64,000 bases of DNA from Mytilus edulis (Eukaryota). The stretch lies in the NCBI RefSeq assembly GCF_963676685.1, contig NC_092353.1, positions 36,518,001 through 36,582,000 on the forward strand. Direction: 5' to 3'. Under the pieces are notes generated by a model. It had not been told where the DNA came from and did no database searches. It worked only from the letters and a program-made list of their open reading frames with translations. Both the position numbers and the translations under genes were made by a program. Shown in pieces: positions 48,729 through 61,693 of this stretch; position 1 is the stretch's first letter; every line of letters begins with the position of its first letter.

Positions 48729-49252
48729 GTAATTAAGATACGAGTACCATTTACTTTAGATGGGATATATTTTCCTTGATTTAAAAAACAAAGTTAGGCA
48801 TTCTTTTTGAAAAATCTTAACTTAGAATTCGAGTAAACGAGATTTTACGCATTCCAATGAAGAAGAGACAAATAGATAAACTATGACACTAATATAATTA
48901 CATTTCGGTGAAAATGGCAATTCATTAAATTAATGATAATTGCGTTAAATTTCACTATCCTAATCTATTTCGTTTATTAAAATATCGCTGTGAAATATTT
49001 GTATTAAGTATTCACGTGACCTTAAAAGAAATGAAAGTCAAAACGGAAAGTCCCTTATCAGTTTGCAAAATAAAAATCTCATACATATCAAACGAATGGA
49101 TAACAACTATTATATTTATGACATAACACGGGCATTTCCTTAACATTTAGAATAGTAGATTAAACCTGGCTGCTTTTCATAGCTAGCTTAACATATTACT
49201 AACTGTTATGTTATTAATAACCTTTCACATTGTTTAAATTTTCTACTTGCAG

Positions 49253-49471
49253 AAAGATTGCAACAAAGTGGTAAGGGTAGGTGGCGGATGGAGTGATATT
49301 AACGACTACTACAAAAGACATGTGCCAGTTACAAGGAGAGAATATAACAGGTCTAGCAACTATAAAGGACGATCATACCTTAGTTTCCAGTCACATTACA
49401 AATGTCCTCCAAAACTCAAGCATCATTCAAAAGTTAAAAATTCTGCCACTAAAAAAGCTACATTGAATTAA
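49253..49471 (+). CDS. Family-B gene B2, exon 2 (C-half GAR exon)
   Basis: ttctacttgcag| KDCNKVVRVGGGWSDINDYYKRHVPVTRREYNR…YLSFQSHYKCP…*. Phase 0. Confidence 0.82.
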   Translation, partial: KDCNKVVRVGGGWSDINDYYKRHVPVTRREYNRSSNYKGRSYLSFQSHYKCPPKLKHHSKVKNSATKKATLN

Positions 49472-50479
49472 AATTCCATGATCGTGTTAACAGAAGACAA
49501 ATAGAAAAACAGTGCTAGTATTTAAAATGATAAAGTATTTGAAATTTTGTTAATTTATGAATATTAAGTAAGTCTTCAAGCTAAGCAGGCCAATAAGACG
49601 TAATTCCTGGTGACAGGCGAAATCCAGGTTTATTTTTTTTTTTCTCTCTCTCATTTTCAATATGAGTATATCAAATAATCTTTTTAGAAACGCTCAACGC
49701 AAAACGTTAAGACAGTAGAAGCGGGAGAATATCTAACATTGGGTAGAGTTTATCAACCGACAGACGTGAGCCAGTCTGTATCTTATTGGGAATTTAAAGG
49801 CACAAGATTTATCTCCCCTCACACACTAAAGAGTTGCTAGTTTAAGTCACTGCTTAGAAGATAAAACAAACAAATTTTAGTGGTTATAACTCACAAATAA
49901 GATTGAAGGATATATACTTAGCTCATATCCTTTTGGCAAATACTTCGTGCATATTAAGGAAAAGAACAAATTTACACTGAATGTACTAGTAATAAAATAT
50001 GTAGCCTGTGCAGTCAAGAATATATGGCAAGAAAATTAAGAATGCAACTGCTTGAAAATAAAATTAGGACGTGATAGGGAAAGAACCTTTACATCACAAC
50101 AAGCCATCTACAGACTCTTCAATGTTTATAACAAGGTGTTCATTAGTGTGCAAATAGCTTGGCACTCTCTACACATTGAATATGGAGTCATCATTCTGAC
50201 AAGACGAGGTTGCATAATTATACATCCCGCACATCAAAATTGACGTTCAGGGACAACTTGCCCTTAATGTCGTTACGGTGTTTAAATAAAAAACAAAAGA
50301 GTAGAAAAAAAATAAAAGAGTTGATGTGTCAGTAACGCATACAGTACTAAAATGGATGATACAAGTTCAAGAGCGTACAGAATTCTTTCCTTTTGCCAGA
50401 AAAGTGTATCATAGGCACGAAACTCGGTGTCATATATTCATTATCAGAATTCGAAAATTTATAAATGATATGAAAAAAA

Positions 50480-50780
50480 GAAAATCACAAAAATACTGAT
50501 TTCCGAGGAAAATTCAAAACGGAAAGTCAATTGGCAAAATCAAATGATAAAACACATCAAACGAATGGACATAACTGTCATATTCCTGACTTGGTACATT
50601 CATTTTCAAATATGAAAAATGGTGGATTGAACCTGGTTGTATAGCGCTAAACCTCTCACTTGTATGACAGTCGCATCAAATTCCATTATATTTACAACGA
50701 TGAGTCAACAATACAGCCATAATAGGATAAATTGTCAAAACAGGGATACATCAGTCATCACTGTGTCATAATCTCAATTA
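50480..50780 (+). repeat. Dispersed repeat, second copy at 56820-57130
   Basis: aaaatcacaaaaatactga…aacacatcaaacgaatggac…atagcgctaaacctctcactt is shared between both loci. Confidence 0.8.
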
Positions 50781-52991
50781 GAACAAAAACAGTCAAATGT
50801 TTCATAAAGAAATATATATTTATTTCTTATAAAAAGTAAAATGGCAAGAACAATGTCTATATCATAGATAAAATATACATATGTATTAAAGTAATTTCTC
50901 TTTTTCATATTTGATTTTGTAAGTATCATTTGATTATTCGTGTTTGTCAGAATGATCGATATTGACCTAGGTTGTGGAGGGTAGGCGCTCACCACATTCT
51001 GTATGTGCTTGTCCGAAATCCGGAGCCTATAGTTCGTTTAATACTGTATATCATCATATTTGCTTGACGTTTATTGTTTTGTATATAAATCATGCCGTTA
51101 GTTTTTTTGTTTCAATTGGTTTAACATTCATCATTTTTGGTCATTTTAAAGCTTGAAATGTGGTATGAGATATGTTCGTTATCGAAAGTCGTACAGTTAC
51201 CCTTAGCCTGTTCGTCATTTGGTATGTGGTGGAGAGTTGTCTGATTGGCAAAATGACAGAATAATGGAAAGAAAATGGTCGTCGCATCATTCATATTCAC
51301 AATAAAAATGTGTAGAAAGCAAATGACGTAATTGTCATGCTTCATGCAAAATGTGATCTCTAAATTTTGACAAGATCAGCGCAGCATACAACATGGTACA
51401 AAGACAGCAGAATAGTGCAAATAGTTTGTAAAATAAGCGTTTATTTCGATATAAGTACAATATTTCAGTATATAACTCTAAAGGAAATACATGTATTTGT
51501 GCCAATGTTATAATCAGTTGACATTTATTCATATGTTGACACAAAATAACAATGCCAGTTATATTCATTTAGTGGAAACATAATTGTGTTTGTCAAACGC
51601 CTGGGAAAACACTTTTGTTTAAAAGAAGATATAGTTTGTATGCGTTCAATAGTTTTACACTGTGTCAAGTGGCCTTTAACCTTCAGTTCGAATATGTGTC
51701 AGTGTCAGTCATGCAATGTTTGGTTTCATTTTTCAAATATAGATATTTGACACAAAAATTACAAAAGCAACTTATTAGGTAAAAGGTATCCAATATATTT
51801 CATAAATTCGTTGTATACTTGAGAATCAATATCATAAATGTATCTTCAATGCAATGTTAACCACGTGAGCCGGAGCCGGTTGTTTTATAAGAAAACGTTT
51901 AAGATAGATGATAGCCTACGTGATAGATCCGTAGAATTTACGTCATAACGATCTTAAAATGATCTTCGTTTCATCTTTTTCTTTTCTTTTTATATTGAAG
52001 AGTAGACTGACAGGATTTCCTGTTGCTTTGCTATTGATATATCCATGGGTAGAATTAAAAAATTAAACCGCAATACTTTGTAAGATAAAATCACCGAAGA
52101 CGCAAGGTATGCATCAACAAAACAGCAACCGAAAAACACATAAATGAACGGACTGAAACTTGCTGTTTTTACTCAACTAATGCCGCCAACGTGTTGCTCA
52201 AAGTAAGTAAGCCGAAAAGAACAGGGACACAGTCATGAACCTGATGTTCAGTGGTTGTCGTTTGCTGATGTAGTTCATAAATGAATAATCATACGGAGTT
52301 GTGGTATGAGTGCCAATGAAACAACTCTTCTTCCTAGTCACAATTTGTAAAAGTAAACCATTCAAAGGTCAAAGTTTGGCCTTCGACACGAAGCCTTGGC
52401 TCACACCGAGCAGCAAACTATAAAGGGCCCCAAAAATTACTACTGTAAAACCATAAAAACGGGAAAATTGCATAAGTACGATTTCTCTCCGACGCTGCTC
52501 ATATTATATTCATAAGATTAAAAACTGTACTTAAAGTATCAAAATTATTTTCAAGGTCAAAATTATTTTTACTAATCACACATATTCCCGTCTGTACTTT
52601 TTTTTTTAATGTAGACAAGGCAGAACTATATTGACAAAACTTTGTTTTAAATATTTACATTATAAAGAATTCACGAGATAAAAGATAACCGTGTTTCACA
52701 CACTATTAATTCTAAAACTTTAAATTATTTTTGTCGCATTGTTTGTGAGTTATGTGGTTCATTAAATATATGAATAGGCTTTGGTTTTTAATTATATATT
52801 TTTGTACCTTCTTTTGTCATTATATTGAAAGAGATATTGTCTTTTTTGTTTACAATAAACAATATGTGTATAATTATTTATGGTAATTTTATGTATGACT
52901 GTAACACATGCATTTAAACGTTATAAACCAACTCTGCGAAATAATATTGTTGCTGTTAAAATGATCGGTATATTGTGCTTTTCGTTTCATT

Positions 52992-54434
52992 ATGTTTAAA
53001 GATGCAAATGAGCGAAAATACCGAAAGGCAATGAATCAAAAAACATTTCAAACAGTTAAACAAAAAGAACCGGAAGTGGTTAATGAAAGCGTTACCAGCT
53101 GTACTGGAATATCACCTAGAACTACCAAAAGCAACAAAATGCCTAAGTATTGGTCAAAGGATAGAGTTCGAAATTATGAAGTCATTCATTATGCCGATGA
53201 AATGTATGATGAAAATTTCGTGCCATTAGAAGCCGGAGAAGAACGTGATGCACCTATTATAACTGTAATGTCGTGTGTGGATGATAGTGCAGAATATAAT
53301 AATAAACAATTCGATAGAATCGGAAGATTACATAAGTTGAAATCGACTGCAAGTCAATCAAAATCCAAAGTAAGTTTTGATACACATTCAATGTCATTTC
53401 AACTAAATTCATCTGGGGAACACAGATCGCGTAAAAGCAAACGGGAAAGTTCAACACGTGTCACTAAACAGCATACTCAAGCTGAACGTAGAAGGGATAA
53501 AAATATATCAAGTGATTCAAATAAAAAAGGAAATGAAAACATTCAAAATTCAAACAATTCGGTGACAGAAAAATTTCATCAAATCAGACAAATAAATGAC
53601 TATCCAAAGGAAAATCTAAGAAAACTGACGCCAGCGCCACTCTATCCAAGGGATAATTATATAGCTCCAGTCACTGCTGACAATGGTGAAGAGATTGATA
53701 GTATTGTGCAAAATGTTATAAGACAACGGTATTCTCACGACAGTCTCCAGGAAAAAACTAACGTGACTGTAAATAAGAAATTATGGAGTCCAAACAAAAA
53801 CACTTATATGTCTCAATTAGATACTGAATTAATGGACAACACCAAAAGGTCTCAATTAGACACTGATTTAATGGACAAAACTTATGAAACCAAGACACAA
53901 ATAAGATTCGCTCAATCAATTGAAATGAAAAAAACGACAAAAAATTGTGATTCGAAAACAGACGAACAAAACAATGCACACATTGACACCAAACATCTTC
54001 GGTCAGATCAATTTGAAAATGGTTTAGATTTTTACGTGGTCATGAAGCGAAAACAGTTTGCTGAGAAAGAAAAGACGAGGTCTCTTAATATCGATATATT
54101 AAAGTCTCTCAATCCAGTTAAGGAAGAGGACGTGACTGTAGAATCAGCGTCGGATGACGATAATCTAAGCGTGAAGGCGTCATATGCTCAGGATGATAAT
54201 TTAGGATCTGATTTTTATCTAACTGCTACAATATTAGGCGAAGAAAACAGAGATGAACCGGATACAGTCGTAGTTGTCACAGGACGTGTACAAGGTCTTC
54301 AAGTTAGGGAATACCCACGTGAGCCACTAGGTCGTACAAAGAGGACGTATTTTGACGTAAGTGATGACGAGAAGATAGTATTAAAAGATGAAATACCACA
54401 GCCTAAGTACAACAAAAGAAAATTAAAACCAAAG
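52992..54434 (+). CDS. Gene C, large disordered exon, uncharacterised
   Basis: ORF of more than 480 aa with charged, low-complexity composition. Probable phase-0 donor aag|gtagag after KRKLKPK. A possible acceptor at 53001 makes the start uncertain. Confidence 0.7.
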
Positions 54435-54586
54435 GTAGAGAATATAACGAATGCAGTGTGTGTTGGGGAATGTGTGTTCCAATATCATAATCTTTCACCA
54501 CAAATATGTTCTTGATATTTACTTTGTGTTGTCTGCTTTGTTTGTGTTTATGTTTTTTTAGGGTCGTTTTATACTAACATTTTTAG

Positions 54587-54611
54587 AGGACAGTCAAAAG
54601 TAGGAGGATTG
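54587..54611 (+). CDS. Putative 25-nt micro-exon of gene C
   Basis: TACTAAC at 54572, ttttag| RTVKSRRI |gtaagc. It could join in phase 1 to 57648-57727. Confidence 0.4.
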
Positions 54612-55114
54612 GTAAGCGCTATTATTTGAACCCACTACAATCACTAAAATATAGTAAAGTGTTGCTATCCTTACAGAGATTCGATAGTTAACATGCATTA
54701 CATATGTTGATATTGTCTGCTAACTTTGATTCAGAAATATTATTGTTTGTTATACTGCACATGTGATGTCATAAATACCCACGAGTCAATATTGACACTT
54801 TTTACACAAAAGGGTCATCTTGTTGCGTAGTTGTGTGTAAAGTTAACCACTGGTAACTGTCTTACTCTCAACACATAAATAGACTCACATTAACATAACA
54901 ATTATGTAATACCTAATGTGGAACGACTTTTGCTTTTACTTAAATATGTAATAAACATCCACCTCGTTTTAATTCTGGTGGAATGTTGTTTCATTGGTTG
55001 TCATACCACATCTCCTTATCTTTATATTGTCAGAATAGATGTTAAATTCTGCTTTTTGTATTGGGTGTTTTAACTTTTAATGCATGTAATTTAAATGCCT
55101 GAGCAAATAAGTAA

Positions 55115-56400
55115 AACAAAAGGGACGATATTTCGTTCCCTATTCTTAATTTTCCTTTTTTGGATGGTGGTGCTTCTTTGGCATCATCTACGGCAATATT
55201 TCACAACTAGTTCGCTATGTACGTGTTTGTTGTGACGTTTTTGGTTTTATCAATGTATAACTGGTAAATTATTAAACAAGGGATTTCGTTACCACAAATT
55301 ACTTAAAACCTTTTCTTAAATTCTTCCTTAGATATAAATATTTGTTTGTAAAGTTTGGTTGCACCTGAAGAAAACTTAGTATGAAATTCAAAACAGTGTA
55401 GCTGTGGCCATTGATTGACCCATCAAAATCATCCATTGACTGGGACAATTTACGTGAATGTTTGTCTGTAACAACCACTGTTCATGACGTACCTACGATA
55501 GACATTTAAACTGTGGGGTCAACAAAGGTTTCTTAACGCCTTTAATTATAAAATAATTCGAAAAATTAATCAGGAATAACCTTTGTGTTTTGATTTATAT
55601 AATTGATATAAATCAAAATATCGTGTTATTTCTGATTAATTTTTCGAATTACTTTATTTAGGTGTTGAGAACCTTTGGTGACCCCATAGTTTAAGTGTCT
55701 TTAAAAAGTACATAGTGAGCATTGGTCGTTACATACAAACGTTCACCTAAATTGTCCCAGTCAATGAATGAATTTAATGTGTCAATCAATGGCCACAGCT
55801 ACACTGTTTTGAATTTCATACTATTTCAAACGGGAAAGCACATCCTCATTTTTACGGAAATGCTGTTTACTATGCCCGGAAACTTATCTACCCTCGTAAT
55901 AAACTTATTCTAAAAGGTTACCAATTCAACACTGTAACTAGATCATTGAATATTGTTTTTATTGGTATTGATATTGATTTTGTGATTAGTAAATTAAAGG
56001 CAAACTAAAAATTATTAGTGGTATATTCATATACAATTTCAATCATTCAATACCTGTATCTTGGCATTCCACAAGGTTCTGATTTTCTCTGACTGTTTAT
56101 GACGTCTTTACGCTAAATTCATTGGATGTTGGATGTGTACTGATTGATAATTTAGTCTTAGATGCATGAATTTATTATTAGTTAGTGGCTTTGAACTAGC
56201 TGTCAGAAACTGGGAGTACTCTCAAATCAGTACTTATGGTGTATTTTTGTTGCTGGGATATACAAGTAACCGGCCACGTCCACTCTGTATATTTTTGTTA
56301 GATGTATTTCTATTTGTATCCATCTGATGATTTAAGCTTAAAAAGATTTAAGCCTTTTTCAACTGATTTTTATAGTATGTTCTCAATTTTTACTGTTACA
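55115..56400 (+). mobile_element. Penelope-like retroelement 3' remnant, split by a MITE
   Basis: KRDDISFPILNFPFLDGG…ISQLVRYVRVC…KLLNKGFRYHKLLK, followed by a 3' terminal repeat. Confidence 0.75.
55379..55821. mobile_element. Fold-back MITE (443 bp) with long TIRs and TA target duplication
   Basis: GTATGAAATTCAAAACAGTGTAGCTGTGGCCATTGATTGAC and its perfect reverse complement at the other end, with imperfect pairing nearly to the centre. TA on both sides. Removing it restores aaacttatttcaaacggg in the host. Confidence 0.9.
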
Positions 56401-57647
56401 CCAGTCCCAGGTTAGGGGAGGTAGGGGATCCCGCTAACATCCCGATAACATGTTTAACCCCGCTACATTTTGTATGTATGTCCCAAGTCAGGAGCCTGTA
56501 ATTCAGTGGTTATCGTTTGTTGATGTGTTATGTATTTGTTTTTCGTTCATGTTTTGTACATAAATTAGACCGTCAGTTTTCTCGTTTGAATTATTTCACA
56601 TTTGTCATTTCGGGGCCTTTTACGTATAGCTGACTTTGCGGTTTGGGCTTAAGTTTGTTCATTGTTGACGTGACATATAGTTGTTAATTTCTGTGTCATT
56701 TGGTCTCTTGTGGAGAGTTGTCTAATTGTCAATCATACCAATAGTCTTTTTTTTAATATCTTCAATACAGCGAGAAAATCAGATGGCCCTTAGAATAAAT
56801 ATGTACTAGTTCAGTGATAAAAAGTAAAATCACAAATATACTGAACTCAGAGGAAAATCAAATCGGAAAGTTCATAATCACATAGCAAAATCAAATGACA
56901 AAACACATCAAAAACGAATGGACAACAACTGTCATATTCCTTACTTGGTACACTCATTTCAAATGTAGAAAATGGTGGATTAATGGTTTTATAGCGCTAA
57001 ACCTCTCACTTTGTACGACAGTCTCATCAAATTCCGTTATATAATATTTACAATGATGCGTGAACTAAATAGACATAATGAATAATATAGTCAAAATGTG
57101 GGTACAGCAGTCCTCATCGTGTTACAATTTTAAAAGAAACAATTTCGCGTGTCTGACGTCGGCAAATTTATACGTCACATATTTTTGTCGTTCAATGTTT
57201 ATACAAACAATTTTAAAATTTCACATGGGCAATGTTAGCATACAGTGTTGAAAAAATCAAAAGTATGTAAGAATTAATTTCAGAAATAGACCGAGACTTA
57301 AAATAGTCCAAAAGTTCTATAGAATTTATAAGAATCCACAAATGGTTCACGTGATTAAATAATTTTGACGTTTTTGGTTCCACATACTTTCTTATTTATA
57401 AAAGAAATATAACATAATGACATATTATAGAACAATAACATACTGACAGAATCTTTTAAAGTACAGAGTCACTGTATAAGAACCAACGAAACACAAAAAG
57501 TCGCATATATAAAACAGACCAGCAAAAATGAAAGATAATTCAAACAAGTTCAGTGATGATGGACGTCATATTTAATTTGTTTATCCACTATATTCAATCA
57601 ATCAATAATTCCATGGTTTTTATACCTTACGGTTTAGTTCTTTACAG

Positions 57648-57727
57648 TGAGTTTTGATCATTGTGAAGGTCGTGTTATGGATGCAGAACATAATTATATG
57701 CCAACTTTTGTACCATTAAAGAAATAG
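57648..57727 (+). CDS. Putative terminal exon of gene C
   Basis: ttctttacag| (V)SFDHCEGRVMDAEHNYMPTFVPLKK*. The phase is compatible with the micro-exon at 54587, but there is no homology support. Confidence 0.25.
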
Positions 57728-60700
57728 ATAAGTGCGGAGGACAATAGTTCTAGCAATTATCACCATATTGACTGAAAACTTTTTGAGTACAGAGATACCA
57801 AAAAACAACAAAAGCATAAAAGAGACGAGCAAAAATGTGGCACAGATCGTAAAATAATATAAGTGTAGAACTTAAACAAATTGCAACAACTTGTTATCAT
57901 GAAAGCAAAATATTGTAAGGGGCATACATTATAAAAGACGCAATATTAGCATAGTAGCAATTGCAATCTGCTTGTGTTTATTATTTGTTGTCTAACAGAT
58001 TTGCTGGTGTTATGGGGAGTTAACCAGAGCCATTATCAAAAATAACGACCTACTTCTATCTACAATGTTGTACATATTCAACTCAAGAATCAAATGTATT
58101 TCGACTTCCAAAACTATAATATAGTAGTTTCATGAATAAACTCCCTTAGATAGCTATTTTGCTTTAAAACTGTTTTCCATACTTGCAATTTAAATGTTAT
58201 TAGAACTTAACATATGTAGTTGAATGTTGTAACGGATATGCATGCATGGGAGGAAATGCCTACGATTTTTGGCGCGCCTTGTGTTGGTTGGATCGAATTC
58301 TTGTTATGCCGATTGCAATTACATACCATTTTTGTCTGCATTTACATTGAAGTATCACTATGTGATATCGACCGAAAATTAATTTGTTATAATTTAGGCT
58401 GTTAGTTTTTCATTTGAATTGCTTCAAATTGCTCATGTCGGGGCGTTATAGCCGACTATACGGTTGGTTTTTTCTCATAGTTGAAGGCTGTACATGTGCC
58501 TATAAATGTTCACATCCACTTCATTTGAACTTTGGCAGATAGTTGTCTCATGGGCAATCATACCACATCTTCTTATTATAAATCTGACAGTAAATCCGTT
58601 TGCCTATCACAAGTTTGAACCACCTCAGTGTTGTTTTTTTATATATCTCTTATGTAGTCAAGAGATGATTTTTGGGAAGGTTTTGTTGTATTATTTTTCG
58701 GGAAATATGATAGATTTTGATATATTCCGTTCTATCAAAAGTGTTTGGACACGGGGTAATTTAAGCAAAATCTACATAGTGACGAGTCTGACGTTTTGAC
58801 GTTCATCGATGTATCTATTGGTCTCAGTCCATAACAGCTATAATCTTATCTTGACGTACATTTTATATTGAGCAAAGTACTACTCGTTTTCGATAAAAAT
58901 CGTATCTCGCCCCATTGTTAGCAGTACAAGGGTTAACTTGGAAATGGGGTAAATATACTCCTATACCTATTAAGCAGTTAAACACATTGTTTAAGGTGCG
59001 TCCGTTTAACTGTATAGGGTGTATGAATACGCAGCCATGACCAAACAGTATTGGGACGTTAATTCCTATGTCTCGTGTAGAGAGTGTCCAGAACTTTGCA
59101 TGTCAAACAATACTTGCAGTAATACATTTAGATAGCAATACGTTGTCTGTTTTATGACAAAATGTCGGTCCCTTTCCACAGTACTCTCATTGTTTAATGA
59201 TAGTCGGAATTGCTGCCCTTGTATAATCTATAAATGCTGTATTTATCCTGAATATACGTGAAATATTTGCCAAGACGAGGTTAAGTAATCGACAATCAAT
59301 ACACGATTGACTAAATATGTATTTACTTGTCAATACAGTGCGTGCATCGAAATAGTTTAGGAAATCAGTAACGTATCCTTCGGCAATGAATAAAGAATTA
59401 AATTATTATTATTTGCACTCATGCCACATCTTCCTACTTTTATATATTTAGAAATGATTTTTGTATACATCTTTGCAAGGATTTGTATAGGCTTACTATA
59501 CAAATCCTTGATCTTTGTGATAATAACATTTCAGTGGTGATATAAACAGTAAAACAGTTGAACATTGTAATTTGATAATTTGATGAATCTTCAATATAGC
59601 TAAATGGATTTAATTTGCAAATGTCAATTTTATTAATTGATTTCAAAGATAGATAATGTATTTATATATCGGCATGTCATATTTAAATGTCTCTATGGAA
59701 TCATCAAATACTTAACTGCGGTTTGATCTATAGAAATAAAATTTATTTTCACTGAATAATAAAAGACCGTATCAATCTATTTTAAATGTGTTCTATTCAT
59801 CGGTCTGTATATAATAACTCTTGGGTGAAATACTTAACGCCTACCTTAAAGAGTTAAACAGTTAAACGTATATATTTTATCAAAAGACATGCGTCGGTGA
59901 TTTCAAATTTAATAACATCAATGCAAACGTTGTTTGACTTTAAACTTTTTTTCTTTTTAGTGCATTTTGAACAAAAAATTAGTGTTTTCTGTAATGTCTC
60001 ATCAGGTTGTTGCTCAAATGTGTTTTATAATGTTGGTATAGTTACTAATAAATAATCAAATTGCCCGAAATAATCAGTCATACTTATATTTTTCATGACT
60101 TAATATTAATTCATATTAAATACTTGCAACAACAAAAAACTATATGGAAACTATTTAGCTCCTATTTTAAACCATGTCTTTTTTTTATATTTCAAATTGT
60201 TTTCCGATTTTAGATTTACAAACAAGACATACTGTAGGCAATCATCTATAATTATTGTTTGACAAACCGATATAATTATTAAATTATTATTGATTACTAA
60301 AAGTTTCTTGTTTTTATGACTCGCGTTAAATTCATTTTACACAACGAAACGAAAAGAACTTGCTCGTTACTGTATTTTACCAATATTTATAGCCACTTGT
60401 AAAAAATTGTGTTTTACAAAATAATGAATCGATTTGGATGTCATACTGTTTCTTGATGTTTTGTCACGTGTTATGTCTTGATTCGCTTTGTAAATCAATC
60501 TCGGAGATATATCTGACACTACACATTGTATTACATACAATGAAATCGATTGCTCTGATCTATCTACCTGCCAGGCAGGTGATCTCAAAGGATTTTAATT
60601 AAATGTATGCATCGGTAAAACAAAGTGCAATTGTACATTAAAGCAATTTACTACCAGTAATTAAGCCTTTAGTTACTGTAATTCTATCTAATTATATAAC

Positions 60701-61693
60701 AAAATTATTTCGTTTTAGAGGCGGAAAATGCACTAATTCTTTTTATCTGCTGGTATTTTAAATACCAATTAATTACTGTTGCAACGTTGTTTATTAAAAA
60801 AAATAAGCTTTAATAGTCAAGGCCTTTTGTATTTAGTAAATAGAAGTCGACTTTTAGAAAATAATCCCAAATAATTATGTTATTTTGAATGTGTATTTAA
60901 CTACATATACATTGTGTTATTCAAAATAATCCTTATGCAATTTATCAATTGTTTTTTTGTTTTATGTTTTATGGTTACACAAGTATGATAAAACTATCAG
61001 TTTAAAATCAATTCAAACCGCGATGAACCTAAACAATTAGTCTCGAAAAACACACTCCATGTAATTAAACAATCTTAAAGAAAGATCCAATTTTTAAATT
61101 TCAAAAAACTAACCAGGCGTTACATTGGTTCAATATCATGAATACATACGTGTAGATTTAAAGCGTTATTCATATTCGTTTATATGTGACCTAGGCTTTT
61201 CCTGAGAATATGTGTAAATATATAAATTTCTGACTGTTTGTATTTTTATAACGGTTTGTTTGATGAGGTATTCATCCATATGATTACCAGCGTGTGACGT
61301 AGTGAAAGTGACAGTATATTTCAACCTTATTATTGGCCATACAAACCTGGTTACTAGGGAATAAGCCTTTGACTGGCGGATTAACATATATGTAGTAATT
61401 ATAACTACGAATGTGTATAGAAAGAAAAATGCTTTAAATTTTTATTTAATCCGGTGGGTGTTTTTATAAGGTAATTCGTATGTGACACGGTTCACTGGAC
61501 TGTGATGAGCAAGTATAGACAGCACAGCAACACAAGATTATGGCGAATTGAGAGAGATGGAAAAATAAACAAACCGTTAAAACAAAACACGAACAAACAA
61601 CAGAACGAAACAATAACATGTGGATGTGTTGAAATAATCAAGTGATATTTTTCTGGATTTTAATTAATTTATATACATAGGGATAATAAGAAA

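Noticed and set aside
56321-56375. CTGATGA in the Penelope terminal repeat as a hammerhead
   Set aside because: I could not find a matching GAAA box or stems in this copy.
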